DNA of 63,320 nucleotides, filler included, from Intoshia linei (Eukaryota > Animalia > Orthonectida): NCBI GenBank assembly GCA_001642005.1. It is 5 parts of 5 records of this genome, joined end to end, with 100 filler letters (N's around TTAATTAATTAA, not from the genome) between each part and the next. Parts side by side here need not be neighbours in the genome. Positions count along the whole stretch, not along the records: positions 1 to 21,644 come from LWCA01000634.1; 4 more parts are not named here. One strand, given 5' to 3'. Both the position numbers and the translations under genes were made by a program. The notes beneath the pieces were generated by a model. It saw only the letters and a program-made list of their open reading frames with translations. It ran no database searches and was not told the DNA's origin. This document shows positions 1-11,910 of this stretch, piece by piece (positions within the stretch are counted from its first letter, which is position 1; every line of letters begins with the position of its first letter).

Positions 1-71
1 CATTAGTAATTCATTACCTTTTTCGTTTTTATGGATATTTAATTAATTTTAATTAATTATGAAATTATCAA

Positions 72-296
72 GGTGCCTAAGACTTATGTCGTTAATATTT
101 TTAATATCGCAAACAAAACCGTATTAAAATATATCTTTTTATAGGTAGTTTATGACGTCAGCATGGTTATATATTGGTGAGATCATTGTTTAATTAGTCT
201 GATATTTAATTTTAAGTTCAAGATTCGTCTTAATAACTTTATAGTGGTTTTTAATGATAATGTGTAGGGTGCCTAAGAGTTATGTCGCGCACTGTA
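72..296. mobile_element. Tc1-family transposon end with IR/DR architecture
   Basis: A 20-bp direct repeat GGTGCCTAAGA(C/G)TTATGTCG occurs at 72-91 and 268-287. The outer copy ends ...CGCACTG|TA, whose reverse complement TA|CAGTG is the typical Tc1 terminus plus TA target. Confidence 0.6.
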
Positions 297-944
297 CATT
301 TAAATTTCGCGATAATTACAGATTTCGTGTATAATTATGTAGGACTGTTAATTATGATAATTATTGAATATTTTTTTATTTTACATTTGATATTAATGAA
401 ATAATTTGAAAATAAAAAAAAAGTGCTTTTTTGACCATGAAAGGCGTTAGTTTCACCGATTGTAATTTTTTCTTTAAATTATCTGGAAATTTTATTTATA
501 AATTAAATGAAACAAAACTAATTAAATTTAATCAATTTAATTTAAATAATTTTTAGATATTTTAGATATTATATTAGATTTATATTATTATTTATATATT
601 ATTATTATATAGATTTATATTAAATTTTAAAGATGATAATTTATCTTTGTAATAAATTACCTGGAAGTTCAGATAATAAGATTTAATATACTGTTTTGGC
701 CTATAAAAAAGCAATATAATTTGTATATTTATTAAAAATTCAGCGACTTTGAGTTTTTTTATATTTTGAAAAAGGCTTGATTTAGGTTTTTAACATTGAA
801 GATGCAAATTTATCATTTTACTGTCGAAAAAAGTGAATTTTACTAAAAATTTTTGGGTCTATTTTTATTTTCGGCACCTCGAGTATAATATATAGGTGGA
901 ACCTGAATTGAATATCAGCATTTGGATTTAATAATTGAATTTAG

Positions 945-3900
945 ATTATTTTTGGATCCTAATCAATATCAAAAAGATACTGATAATAAAATCGATATTT
1001 ACAATTCATTCAATTTGATTATACGAAGAGACCCGAAACAGAACAATTTTAAATCCGTTTTAGAAACGATAAAGTCTTTAATAAACTCAGATTGTCTTGT
1101 CCCATCATGGCTTCTAAATGTGGTTTTGGGATATGAAAACCCTGCTGCAGCGAATTACAAAAATATTGATAATGCGAAAGGATACTGTAATTTCAATGAC
1201 ACATTTTTGAATAAGAATCATTTAGAAAGTTGTTTTAAAAATTGTACATTGAAATATGAAAATGATTTGGAAGACTGCAAAACATTTTACAAATTAAAAT
1301 TTGAAGACGAGTCAAATATTTCTGTTAATTCATATAGACTTGAAAACCCAATCAGTGAAATTTCGCATACAATAAAGAGAAATTTGATTAGTTTTACTGG
1401 GAATCAAGTGGAAGCTATTAAATCAGGAATGCATCATGGTTTAACCATGATTATCGGACCCCCTGGAACGGGGAAAACTGACGTAGCTGTTCAAATTATT
1501 TCCAATTTGTATCACAATATGAAAAATGAACGCACTTTAATTGTATGCCATTCTAACCAGGCTTTAAATCAAATTTTTGACAAATTGGTTTTAAGAGACA
1601 TTGAACAACGTCATCTTTTGAGATTGGGGCATGGTGAATTGGATTTGATTTCAACAAATGATTATAGTCAGTATGGACGACTTCAATATATACTTAATGA
1701 TAGAATTAAACTTTTAACATTGGTAGAAAAACTACACAGTTGTTTGATTACTGCCGAAATCCAAGTAGAAGCTGTAAAATTGACGGAAATTCAGGATGAA
1801 GATAAAATGGATGTAGACGAGGACATGGAAGTTGAAGCAAATAATCAGTCCATTCAAACAGCTGGTGAGATCGCTGTGGCGGGTGCTATGCAATCAAACC
1901 GGGAAGTGATCATGGAATTTGAATCAGAAGATAGTGACGATGATAAAGTTGTTGACGAACCTGAAACTAAACCTGAAAAAATTCCACCGCCAGAACAAAG
2001 TGATGACAACTCGGACGATCAAAATACCCAACAAATTTATACTTGTGAAACAGCTCACTATTTTTATGTTTCACATGTATTTCCTCATTGGAAAAAATTT
2101 TCTAAAAAATGCCTGGAAAACAAATCCGCTTTATTCGTCATTGAAAATTTTCCGTTTACTAATTTCTTTGATGAAAGAATTTTAAAAGAACAGATTAGTT
2201 TGTTTCAAGACTGCAATGAGTCTACTAGTTTCGAGGAAGCATATAAAATTGCTCAAAACGGATATTTTTATATTAAAAATATATTTGACGTATTGAATGA
2301 ATATATGCCTTTTGAATTAATTCGAAGTGGCGCAGAAAGATCTCGTTATCTTTTGGTAAAAGAGGCACGTATTATTGCAATGACTTGTACTCATGCTGCA
2401 ATTCGATGTCGCGATTTAGTTGATTCCGATTTTCAATTTGATAACATTGTAATGGAAGAAGCTGCGCAAATTCTGGAAATTGAAACTTTTGTACCTTTAT
2501 TACTTCAAAAACCTGAAATTGGCCAGAAACGGCTCAAAAGATGGGTAATGATTGGAGATCATCGCCAACTACCTCCTGTTATTAAAAATATGGCATTTAA
2601 AAAATTTAGCAACTTTGAACAATCAATGTTTTCGAGGCTTGTTAAACTCGGAGTTCCAACAATTTTACTAAATGCTCAAGGTAGATGTCGTCCCGATATC
2701 TGCAAATTATTTAGTTGGAGATATGACCATCTCGAATCGCTACCCCATATTTATGAGCAAAAAGAATATCACACTGCTAATGCAGGGTTTGTTTATGATT
2801 TCCAGTTAATCAATGTTGAACTATTTAATGGGAAAGGAGAAACCGAACCAAGCGCATACTTTTATCAAAATCTCGGCGAAGCTGAATATTGTGTTGCATT
2901 GTACATGTATATGAGACTAAAAGGATACCCAGCTGAAAAAATATCAATTTTGTCTACATACAATGGACAGAAATGTTTAATAAATGATATCATCAATTCA
3001 AGGTGTTTAAAATCCATTGCTAAAGTTTTACCAAATGGAGAACATGAGTATATCGGACGGCCTGCAGTGGTACGATTTTACATAACTGCTTTGTGTTTTT
3101 TATTGATCTACATTTCACTTTAGGTTAGCACTGTGGATAGATATCAGGGACAACAAAATGATTATATTATTTTATCTCTAGTAAAAACTAAATATGTGGG
3201 ACATTTGAGGTAATTTATTTAATTTTAATATTAATTTATGTCATTTTTAGGGATGTACGTCGACTCATTGTAGCAATGTCTAGAGCTCGTCTGGGTCTTT
3301 ACGTGTTAGCCAATGTTTCAACGTTTTATGAATGCTTTGAACTGAGACCTGTGCTAGATCAAGTATTTAATTTTTTTAATTACATCTAGTTCTGAGTTAA
3401 CAGAAAATACATAATATCAATTGCATGTCCATGGCTGAGTCATATTTTTAATATTATAATTATGTAGAATCTACATGGTGGAACATGATAATTCATATAT
3501 TAATAAATATGGTAAAATTACCTAAATAATCTATGCTTATAAACCTTGAAGAAAAACTAATTTTTATAAACCATGAAACGTGAAAATAATTAGCCGTTGG
3601 TCTAGGGTGGGGGACGTGCGACCCTCATTTAAGAATATGTCATATACTCTATCACAGTGGTTCCCAAAAAATATATATTGTCGACCCCCCTAACAGTATA
3701 AAAATATTTTTAGAGAAGATCAATAGTACAAAGTAGTGAATATGTTTATTATATTATTATAACAGCGATTAAAAAAATGTTATCTTTTAATATTACTGAT
3801 TATATTTTCGTTATAAATCATACTTTAATATAGTTGACACCCTAGTTACTAGAGCCTAATATACAAACAATTGTAAATTTATGATTGTTCTTTTTTGTTT

Positions 3901-5472
3901 ATATACGTGTTATTGTCTCGTAAGGGTTAATAACATTTAAATTTATTATAATCCAAAATTAATCCGAATTTCAAGAATATATTAATTAAATATCAAATTA
4001 ATGTTAACGATTCTAATTTAATTTTAAAATTTTTCTTAAATCTGCGGCCCCTCAGACTCTGTAGGCCCCCTGGTGGGGCCAAGCCATCCATTTGGGTACC
4101 ACTTATTATTATTTATTTTTTATGATAGTCTCATATTTTGAATATTTTAGAAAAATTTTAAATTCTGAGACTTCATTATAACCAAATAATCCATTAATAT
4201 TTAGTATAACCATATTTGTTTTAATCTCATTTGCCTTATCAATTTTCATTTATGGGAATGTGACTTTATGTCTGACATAGGTTCCCTACCCTGAGTTAGT
4301 GGATGAAAACCCAATTTTTACAAACAGTCACGGATAATTTTCTTTTTCTACTAACCTTTACAGAAAAATAGCTAATGGGGTTTGGTTAAAATTTAGAAGA
4401 TAATTTGTAGTTTTGACCATTAAGGTGTGCGTTTCTGAGGCTGAGATTTACGACATGGTAATCATTTTAAAACGCGTCCCAGAATGTATGTTTAATGTTA
4501 TGACCGGACCTCCGATTTCAAAATTTTTATATATTTTTAATTCGTTTTAAGTCCTTCGAAACAAAGCAATAATGTCTACCACTTCTATCAAATTTCTTGC
4601 ATAGTTTCCCCTCTAAACTAAGGCTGTATATTAAATTTTTTCTTTAATACTTAGGTCCATTTATTGGAGTAAATTCAGAATATAACTGTTTTAATTAACA
4701 ATTAAATCTAAATATATACTTTGTTGACATACTTTTGACGTGTTCATTTGATAAAATTTACAAAAGGTTCAATTGTAAATATTATTCTAAATTAAAGATG
4801 AATGTAATACAAATATCTAATGTAGATTTAAAAAAATTTAAAAGTAGTTTTTAATTTAAAATGAGTTAAAAATATATATAATTAATTTAAATAAATTGAC
4901 AGTCGTAGGATTTAAAAAAACCCATTCTAATACAGTTTTTCCCAGAGCGTGTTTATATCTATTTACACTTTCCGAATTTGAGTCCTTCAGGTTCAAAAAC
5001 ACAATTTTCCCTTGTTTTAAAACAAATCAGCCTAAAAATTTAATAAAACATACATTCTGGGACGCATTTTGATATGATTAACATGTTCGTAAATCGCAGC
5101 CTCAGAAACGCATACCTTCATGGTGACAACTACAAATTACCTTTTGTTTTAAAAATGAAACATGTCTTAAAACATTACATATTTTTGGATTGGTTATTTT
5201 TTTATGTTCATAAGGGTTAACGATCACAAAAAGGTTGAAAATAATAAAATGTTATTTAGCTTGTCAGAAAACCAACCGACTTAAAACTTTTGATTAACGA
5301 AGAATATCCAACTGAGAGACTTTCTTCGAAATATGAAGAGAAATTAAAATTGAACGTACTAAAAAATGAAGAGAAAAAAGGTCAAATTAAATCAATAAAG
5401 GATACACACGATATTTGCAATTTTGTATACAACATGGCCTCCAACGTAGTTAAAGTGTCTGGGATATTGTAA
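945..5472 (+). CDS. AQR: Intron-binding spliceosomal helicase Aquarius, 5'-partial; exons ~945-3069, 3124-3209, 3251-3362, 5260-5472
   Basis: Motifs [62 protein letters not shown] and [19 protein letters not shown] introns keep the reading frame. Confidence 0.95.
3655..4103. mobile_element. hAT-like MITE in AQR intron
   Basis: Imperfect terminal inverted repeats CAGTGGTTCCCAAA / TTTGGGTACCACT. No clear target-site duplication. Confidence 0.5.
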
Positions 5473-5564
5473 ATACAATTTTGTTATTACACTTTTATAT
5501 TTAAAACCAAATAAACTATTTGTTTATATTGTTCTTATATATATTTTAACATAGTTTATTTAAA

Positions 5565-5969
5565 ATGGCTTCTTTATCATGGGGAAAATATTTCATGAGG
5601 TATTTAATATTTTGTTTTTTAATAATATGTAAAAATCTGAATAGCACACATTTTTGGGGTCCAGGTAATATTTCAAGAAATAATTAAAAAGTGAACAATC
5701 AAATAGTTGCCAATTGGGGAATACCTATTGCAGCAATGTATGATATCAATCGTAGCCCTGAAAAAATCAGTCCAAAAATGACGACTGGTTTTAATTTATG
5801 GTATATGTGTACTTTAATTTGTATAGCTCTCTGTGTCTATTCAATGTTATTTATGCGATTTTCCCTATTGGTGAAACCAAGAAACTTGTTACTTTTTTCT
5901 TGTCACGCTACAAATGAGACGGTACAATTGATTCAGTTGGGAAGATGGACGAAATACAATTATGGGTGA
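5565..5969 (+). CDS. MPC1: Mitochondrial pyruvate carrier 1; exons 5565-5599, 5645-5664, 5707-5787, 5827-5969
   Basis: Spliced product [31 protein letters not shown]...[23 protein letters not shown]...[14 protein letters not shown], with three 39-45 bp introns. Confidence 0.93.
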
Positions 5970-6035
5970 ATATATTTAATAATACATTGTAAAAGCGTTA
6001 GAAATGAAAAAAAAGAAACGTAAAGTCAAATATTT

Positions 6036-9000
6036 TTAACGATGCATCAATTTGTTTCGTGTACTAATAAAATCTCTTATAGCTTTATCGGCATCTTCAT
6101 TTCCGGTCAAGTCAATTTGGTCCATTTTAGGTTCTAGTGGTGTGTCATATTTTGAAGAATGTTGATTTGAATTTAAATATTTATCGTTTAACCAATTTTC
6201 AAAGTTGGATTCCAATTTTTGTTTGTCTAGCTTTAAAACGCTTTGAAGATATAAAACTTTTGATTTTAATTTTTTCAAATTATTGTAACTTTGATCGAAC
6301 ACTGCTTTTGCGTCAATTTGCCGACGTCTATAATTTTCTTCCATCTTGTTCAATTTTTCCAAGTTTTGTGGTTTATCGGTTTGAGATATTAAAATTTTTG
6401 TTCTATTTTCAATCAATTTTTGATTAATTTCTTTTAAATCCGTTTCAGCACATTTCAATTCATTTCCTTCTTGTTTTGCTTCTACTATAAGACTTTTTAG
6501 TTTATCTTTTTTTAAATTCATTTCTTGAAAATCTTCGTTATATCTACAAAATTCACAGAATAAAATTTTCTTTTTTTCCATTGGTATATTTGATTTTTTC
6601 TTTGAGTCTATTTTACATGTATTTTTTATTTTATCTTCATTGTTTAAATTTTGAATAGATGCAATTTCATCATTTTTCAAGGTTTCTGATTCCTTGTACT
6701 TGTTCAACATTTCTACTAATATTGCTAAAAAATTTATTATTTTTAATATAAATTTATATTATTTTACTGATTTCTGTGTCCCTTTGCATCAAAATTCGTT
6801 TGAAATAATTTAGTTTTTTTGAATCTACCGTCGAGTTATTGTCCTCTTTATCTTTATTTTTTATGTTTGCATTTTTATTTTTCACTTCCATCTAATTAAT
6901 GAAAATAAAATAATAATGTAGTATATATTACAGCCAGCAATTGAACGATTCGAATAATTAATTTGAGCTTCTTTCCAAACTCTAAACTTTTAATTGCACT
7001 TGGATCGTTTATTATAACTTTTATTAAGTCATTGCATCTGAATGAAAATTTAAGTTATTTTAGATTTTGTATAATTTTTTCAGAGTGTACGTGAAAAAAG
7101 TTAGCTCACTCCTGGTATACATGCAAACTTTCATATTTAAATCCATCTTTCAATAATATATTACCTTTCTTCATCCTCCAGAGACAAATCTTCAAAAATA
7201 TCAACATCTCCATTTAAAAATAAAATTTGATCGTGTAATCGTTTGTTTTCAATTTGCAGTCGACTAATTTCTACGGTAGGGTCTACTTGTTCAATTATAC
7301 TAACGTCATTCTAAATTATAGTGAATTGATCAATAGTAAATTTATAAATATAAAGAATCGTTTTTTTTATGTATTCAAATTTTAAAATATTACCACTAAA
7401 AAAATAGGTGAATACTTTTTTAAGTGTCAACATCTTCAGAAAGGATCCGTTATGAAACAAGCAGTGGCGGCTTGTAGACAATAATTGATGGGCTGCAAGA
7501 AAAAAAACAAAATTACATATTATTTCAATCAATTTATTAGTATTTAAATTCTATTCGACGGTTTTTGGATGTCACGAACTCTTCAACGACAGAGTATATT
7601 GGTCAAACCTCGCTGGGGATGCAACTCTACAACCCTGAATGACAAGCCGCCACTTTTAAAAGTGTTTACCTTTATTAATGCTACTCTTTGTGCAAACTTA
7701 CAAGATGATATAGTTTCATTCAAATGACATGCATCAGAAGCAATTGTAGTAAGCATTGCTACATAAAAAATTATAAGAAAATAAAAGTTAAAAATTAAAT
7801 CAATCATACCTGTCATACAATTCCCACCAAGGCTATCCCTTAAAACTGACGTCATCATGGAATTTCTATAAGGAATGTGATGTCTATTTTTTTCTGCTAA
7901 AGAAATAATGACTTGTTCCAAGTAATGCAAGGATAAATTAATATATTTTGCTTCAGTCAATAAATTTCCTTCGATACCCGATTTAGCTACTCTTTCTGAC
8001 CTAAAATTTTTAAATTTATTTGGTTGGATTTTATTCCATCATACCCTGCTAAATCTACAATATGTAATTTTGATTTTCTTATAACAGAATTGCTTTCCAA
8101 ATCTTCGGCTGTCAAATAAATTGTAAAAATACAATGAGATCTCGTTGATGCATTGTTCATTGGAGTCTTTTTTATACAAATTAAGTTTAATTAATTTATG
8201 TTAATAAGGAAAAATTGCAAAATATTTGTATTTTTATTTATTTTACAAACACAAAAAATAACTAAAAATTAGAGTTAATAAATATCGAGGAATAATAGAT
8301 TAAAAAAATATGCCAATTTTGGATTAAAAATGTAAAATTACAGAACCAACCTATTATTCTAGAATCTAGAGTTCAATTTTTATATAACTTTTATTTATTT
8401 TATAGGATAATTTTTAATATTTATTATAGAGTTGCCAGATGTTGGGAATTTATCCCAAAGACTAGACGACTGCTATATCATTATTAATAAAATTTAATAA
8501 AAAGTACCATTTCAAAATTTTCAGGGAAAAATCTAATTTTAAAGAAATCGTATAAGCAAAAACTTCTTAATCCAAAATAAATTATCCAATTTTACTAACC
8601 ATTAAGGGAAATATCCTCTTTTTCTGATATTTTTTTGAAAAATTCGATTTTACTAAATCTTATGAGCAAAATCTTATTAATTCAAAACCAGAAATAAAAA
8701 ATCCAATTCTATCAACTTTTAAGAGAAATATCCTCTTTTTTCAATATTTTTTTGAAAAATCATATTTTATTAAATCTTATGAGCAAAAACTTCAAAACCC
8801 AAAATAAAAAATCCAATTATATCAACCCTTAAGAAAAATATCATCTTTTTCCAATATTTTTTAGAAAAATCCGATTTTATCCAATATTGAAACATCAATT
8901 TCTTAATCCAAAACTCATAATCAAAAATCGCCTTTTCTTCAATATTTTTTTGAAATACACCATTTTACCAAATCTATGAGAAAAAACATTCAATTTTTTC

Positions 9001-11582
9001 ATAAATTTTGAAATTTTTATATTTCATGTTTCCATTGGGGTCCAAAAAAAATACATATTTTGAAACGATGAATCACTGGTTTTGATATAATAAATACAAG
9101 TATATTTTGTCAAAATGAAAGTTCCATAAAAACATTTCAATAAAGCAAAATTATTGAAAATTTTCAAAAATACTAAATTAAAAACAAAATTGGAAATATT
9201 TTTTTTGAAAAAATCAGTAAAAAAATAACATTACAATTTAAAAAATATTTTAATATGGTATGGTAATATAGTATGGGATAATCGATTGTTTATTTATTAA
9301 ACAATAAACAAAAATCTGGATAACTGTAAAGTATACACTAGGGGTCGGCAACATTTTGTATCCCGTGGATGACTTTTTTATATGAAAAAATTATATGGCC
9401 CCATTTTTGAAAATTTACACATGATAGATTTCAATTTTAACTCAACACAAACGTTTCTAGTATATTCAACAAAATAAAATCCACGACAATTTTAAAATTC
9501 AGTATTAAAATAATTATAATGAGCAAATTATAGTAGAAAATATTTAAAACGTTGCAACGTTTAAAACACCACGGTGTTTTAAAGTTGAAAAATTTAAAAA
9601 TCAATAATGTACATATTTACTCAAAGGGCCACCAAAATTATTCTATGGGCCACTGGTGCCGATCCTGTTATACTGTACACATAAAGCTGCCAGTGTAATT
9701 AAATTTAATTTTTAAAAGTTTTTCATTATTGGGTTGTTATTATTGCCAACTTTCCCTTAAATTAAGAAAATCTTTTTATTCATTTTTTAGCGTAGATGCG
9801 AAAAAAAATTAAAATAACTTTTATTCTCTCAAATCTTGAAATTATGTGCTGATTAATGATACAATGTATATTATCATTAATGAATATTATTGCTGGTTCT
9901 AATTATAACTATAATAAATAATCTGAACAAATAGATTATTTGAGTTTTTTTCAAAATTACCGCGATTTTAGATAATACAATATTACACAATATTTCAAAA
10001 AACCTTCTAAAATCAACACATTAAAAAATTTAATTTATATTGTAAATAAAAGAATGTAGATTGAATAAATTCCTAATAAATTCTGTCAATATTTTATTTT
10101 AATAATGACTTTATCATTGTAATTTTAACGCTCTCATTTTATTAAATTCCATTCCCACTCTAATAAAAACATCATATTGATTGAGTAAAAAAAATTATCA
10201 TGAAAACTACCAAATATCGTAATAATGACTTATTTACATCATTAATATATTATAAAGTGAACGTCACAGAAATTTTTATAATTACCTCAGCAGTGACTCT
10301 ATTAGTTTCTCCTGTAAACAATAAAAGCAATGCATCATCCTCTGTTTTAACATTTAAAATGTTTAAATTTTTCAAATTAATATTTTTTTTTGAGTCTTCA
10401 TACAATAAGACCCTATTTAAATCTTCCATTTCTGTAATATTGCTTTTTGTATCTAGCAAATCGTAAATTACTTCATTGTATATTTCTATATAGGATATCT
10501 GAATTGAATAATTTGTTTCTATTTTCTAAAAAGACTTCATTATTATTAAAACTTAATTATAAAACTTTTAGTATAACATCATATATGTATGAAATTGTTC
10601 TAGGAATAATTCCTCTATCAGTATATTTCTTATCTCCACCAGTTATTGAATACGTTTTCCCGCTTCCAGTCTAAAAATTAAATTGATTACTAAAATTTAT
10701 TTTACTATTTATATTTTTTTTTAGATAATCTATTTTACTTGTCCATATGCGAATATAGTTCCATTGTATCCTTCCAAAACACTAAATTAATATATTATGG
10801 TTGTAATCCAATATTTGGGCAGGGGTTTCACCCTTTTTGATGTACGTAACATATTATTTTAATTGTTTCATGGACAGCAAATGTATCTTAAATACAAAAA
10901 CATATATAAAATTGAAAGTCTATGAGTGTGGCACCGCTTAATTCTAAAATTAACCGTTCCAGAATTAAAAAACTCGATTTCTAATACAGTTTTTGAGAGT
11001 GATGTTTTATCGCAAACACAATTTAAAAAAACGTACATTCTGGGACATTTTTTGAATAGTTTTTAATCTGCAAGAACTTATAGTTTATACAACAATACAT
11101 TTGATAGTATCAATAAAATTTTTTTTATAAAAGCATAAATTTCATCACGGCCACGAGGATGATGACTCCTGATATCGACTAAAAGCTTTGTAAATGCTTT
11201 GAAAACCTTGAAATTTTAAATTGGTTTTAATACCTATCAATAATTTCAGTTGCTACTTGATCAAAAATTTCATCTTGTTTGGTATCTTGATTGAATACTT
11301 TTTTAAATCTACATTTAATACATAAAAAATTTTCCACTGTTGTGTACGTAAAATTAGCGACATTTTTAGTATTATTTACAAATTGATTTTTCTGGTCTTT
11401 GGGTAAATTAAATGTGACTGTATTTTTTTCATTTTTTTCGTGAATTGAGTAAGACTAAATGAATAATATATTAAAACCGATAAAAACACAATTTATTTAA
11501 CCTGTTGTTTATCTGTTAAATTTGGTTTAAACCGAGCATAAATTGGAATACTGTGTTGTAGAGAACCCTTAATATTTGACAT
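6036..11582 (-). CDS. KIF6: Kinesin-9 family motor KIF6 (multi-exon)
   Basis: Motifs IYARFKP, GQTGSGKTYSITGGDKKYTDRGIIPR, NASTRSHCIF, LHIVDLAGSERV and EAKYINLSLHYLEQVII...HIPYRNSMMTSVLRDSLGGNC. Coiled-coil tail ends DADKAIRDFISTRNKL. Confidence 0.9.
8429..9070 (+). repeat. Dispersed repeat with internal degenerate tandem subrepeats
   Basis: Head AGAGTTGCCA(G/A)ATGTTGGGA..TTATCCCAAA recurs near 33798. Subunits like AAAATCCAATT..ACC.TTAAG.GAAATATCCTCTTTTTCCAATATTTTTTTGAAAAA are repeated. Reverse-complement copies lie at ~13020-13330 and ~23025-23700. Confidence 0.75.
9339..9667. mobile_element. hAT-like MITE (degenerate)
   Basis: Imperfect terminal inverted repeats TAGGGGTCGGCAAC / GGTGCCGATCCTG with GGGCC subterminal motifs. 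Confidence 0.45.
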
Positions 11583-11910
11583 TCTTGACTGTACCAATTT
11601 CTAATGAAGTATTTGATACAATTTGAAAATAAACACAAATTGTTTAGAAACTGATAAACAATATTTTTTAATTCTAAAAATAATATTATATTTTTCGGTT
11701 TAATAATAAATGGCCGTTTTATTTTAGTATTTTGTTATTTATTTACATACAGCATATCTAGATATTTTAAATATTGCTTGGATGTTGCGTGTCAAAGATT
11801 TAAAAAATTTTACTTTTTAGTTTATGTTAATATGTAAAATTGTGGTAACTAGATATACAAATATAACTATAATAACTGTAAACAACATTCAGCTACCTTT
11901 AATAACGCTA
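11583..11910. promoter_or_regulatory. Putative bidirectional promoter shared by KIF6 and CCDC146
   Basis: 328 bp separate the divergent ATGs. Forkhead-like ATAAACA at 11629 and 11654 flank an imperfect X-box-like TTGTTTAGAAAC at 11640-11651. Confidence 0.45.

Noticed and set aside
922-944. ORF-track start of AQR at TTG 922
   Set aside because: AQR similarity starts mid-protein and an acceptor AG lies at 943-944, so this is an internal exon, not a start.
6137-6427. Antisense or alternate-frame ORFs (e.g. 1919-2185, 6137-6427, 10200-10674, 18739-19125, 44297-44485, 50679-51180)
   Set aside because: Shadows of real exons on another frame or strand, with no recognisable motifs.
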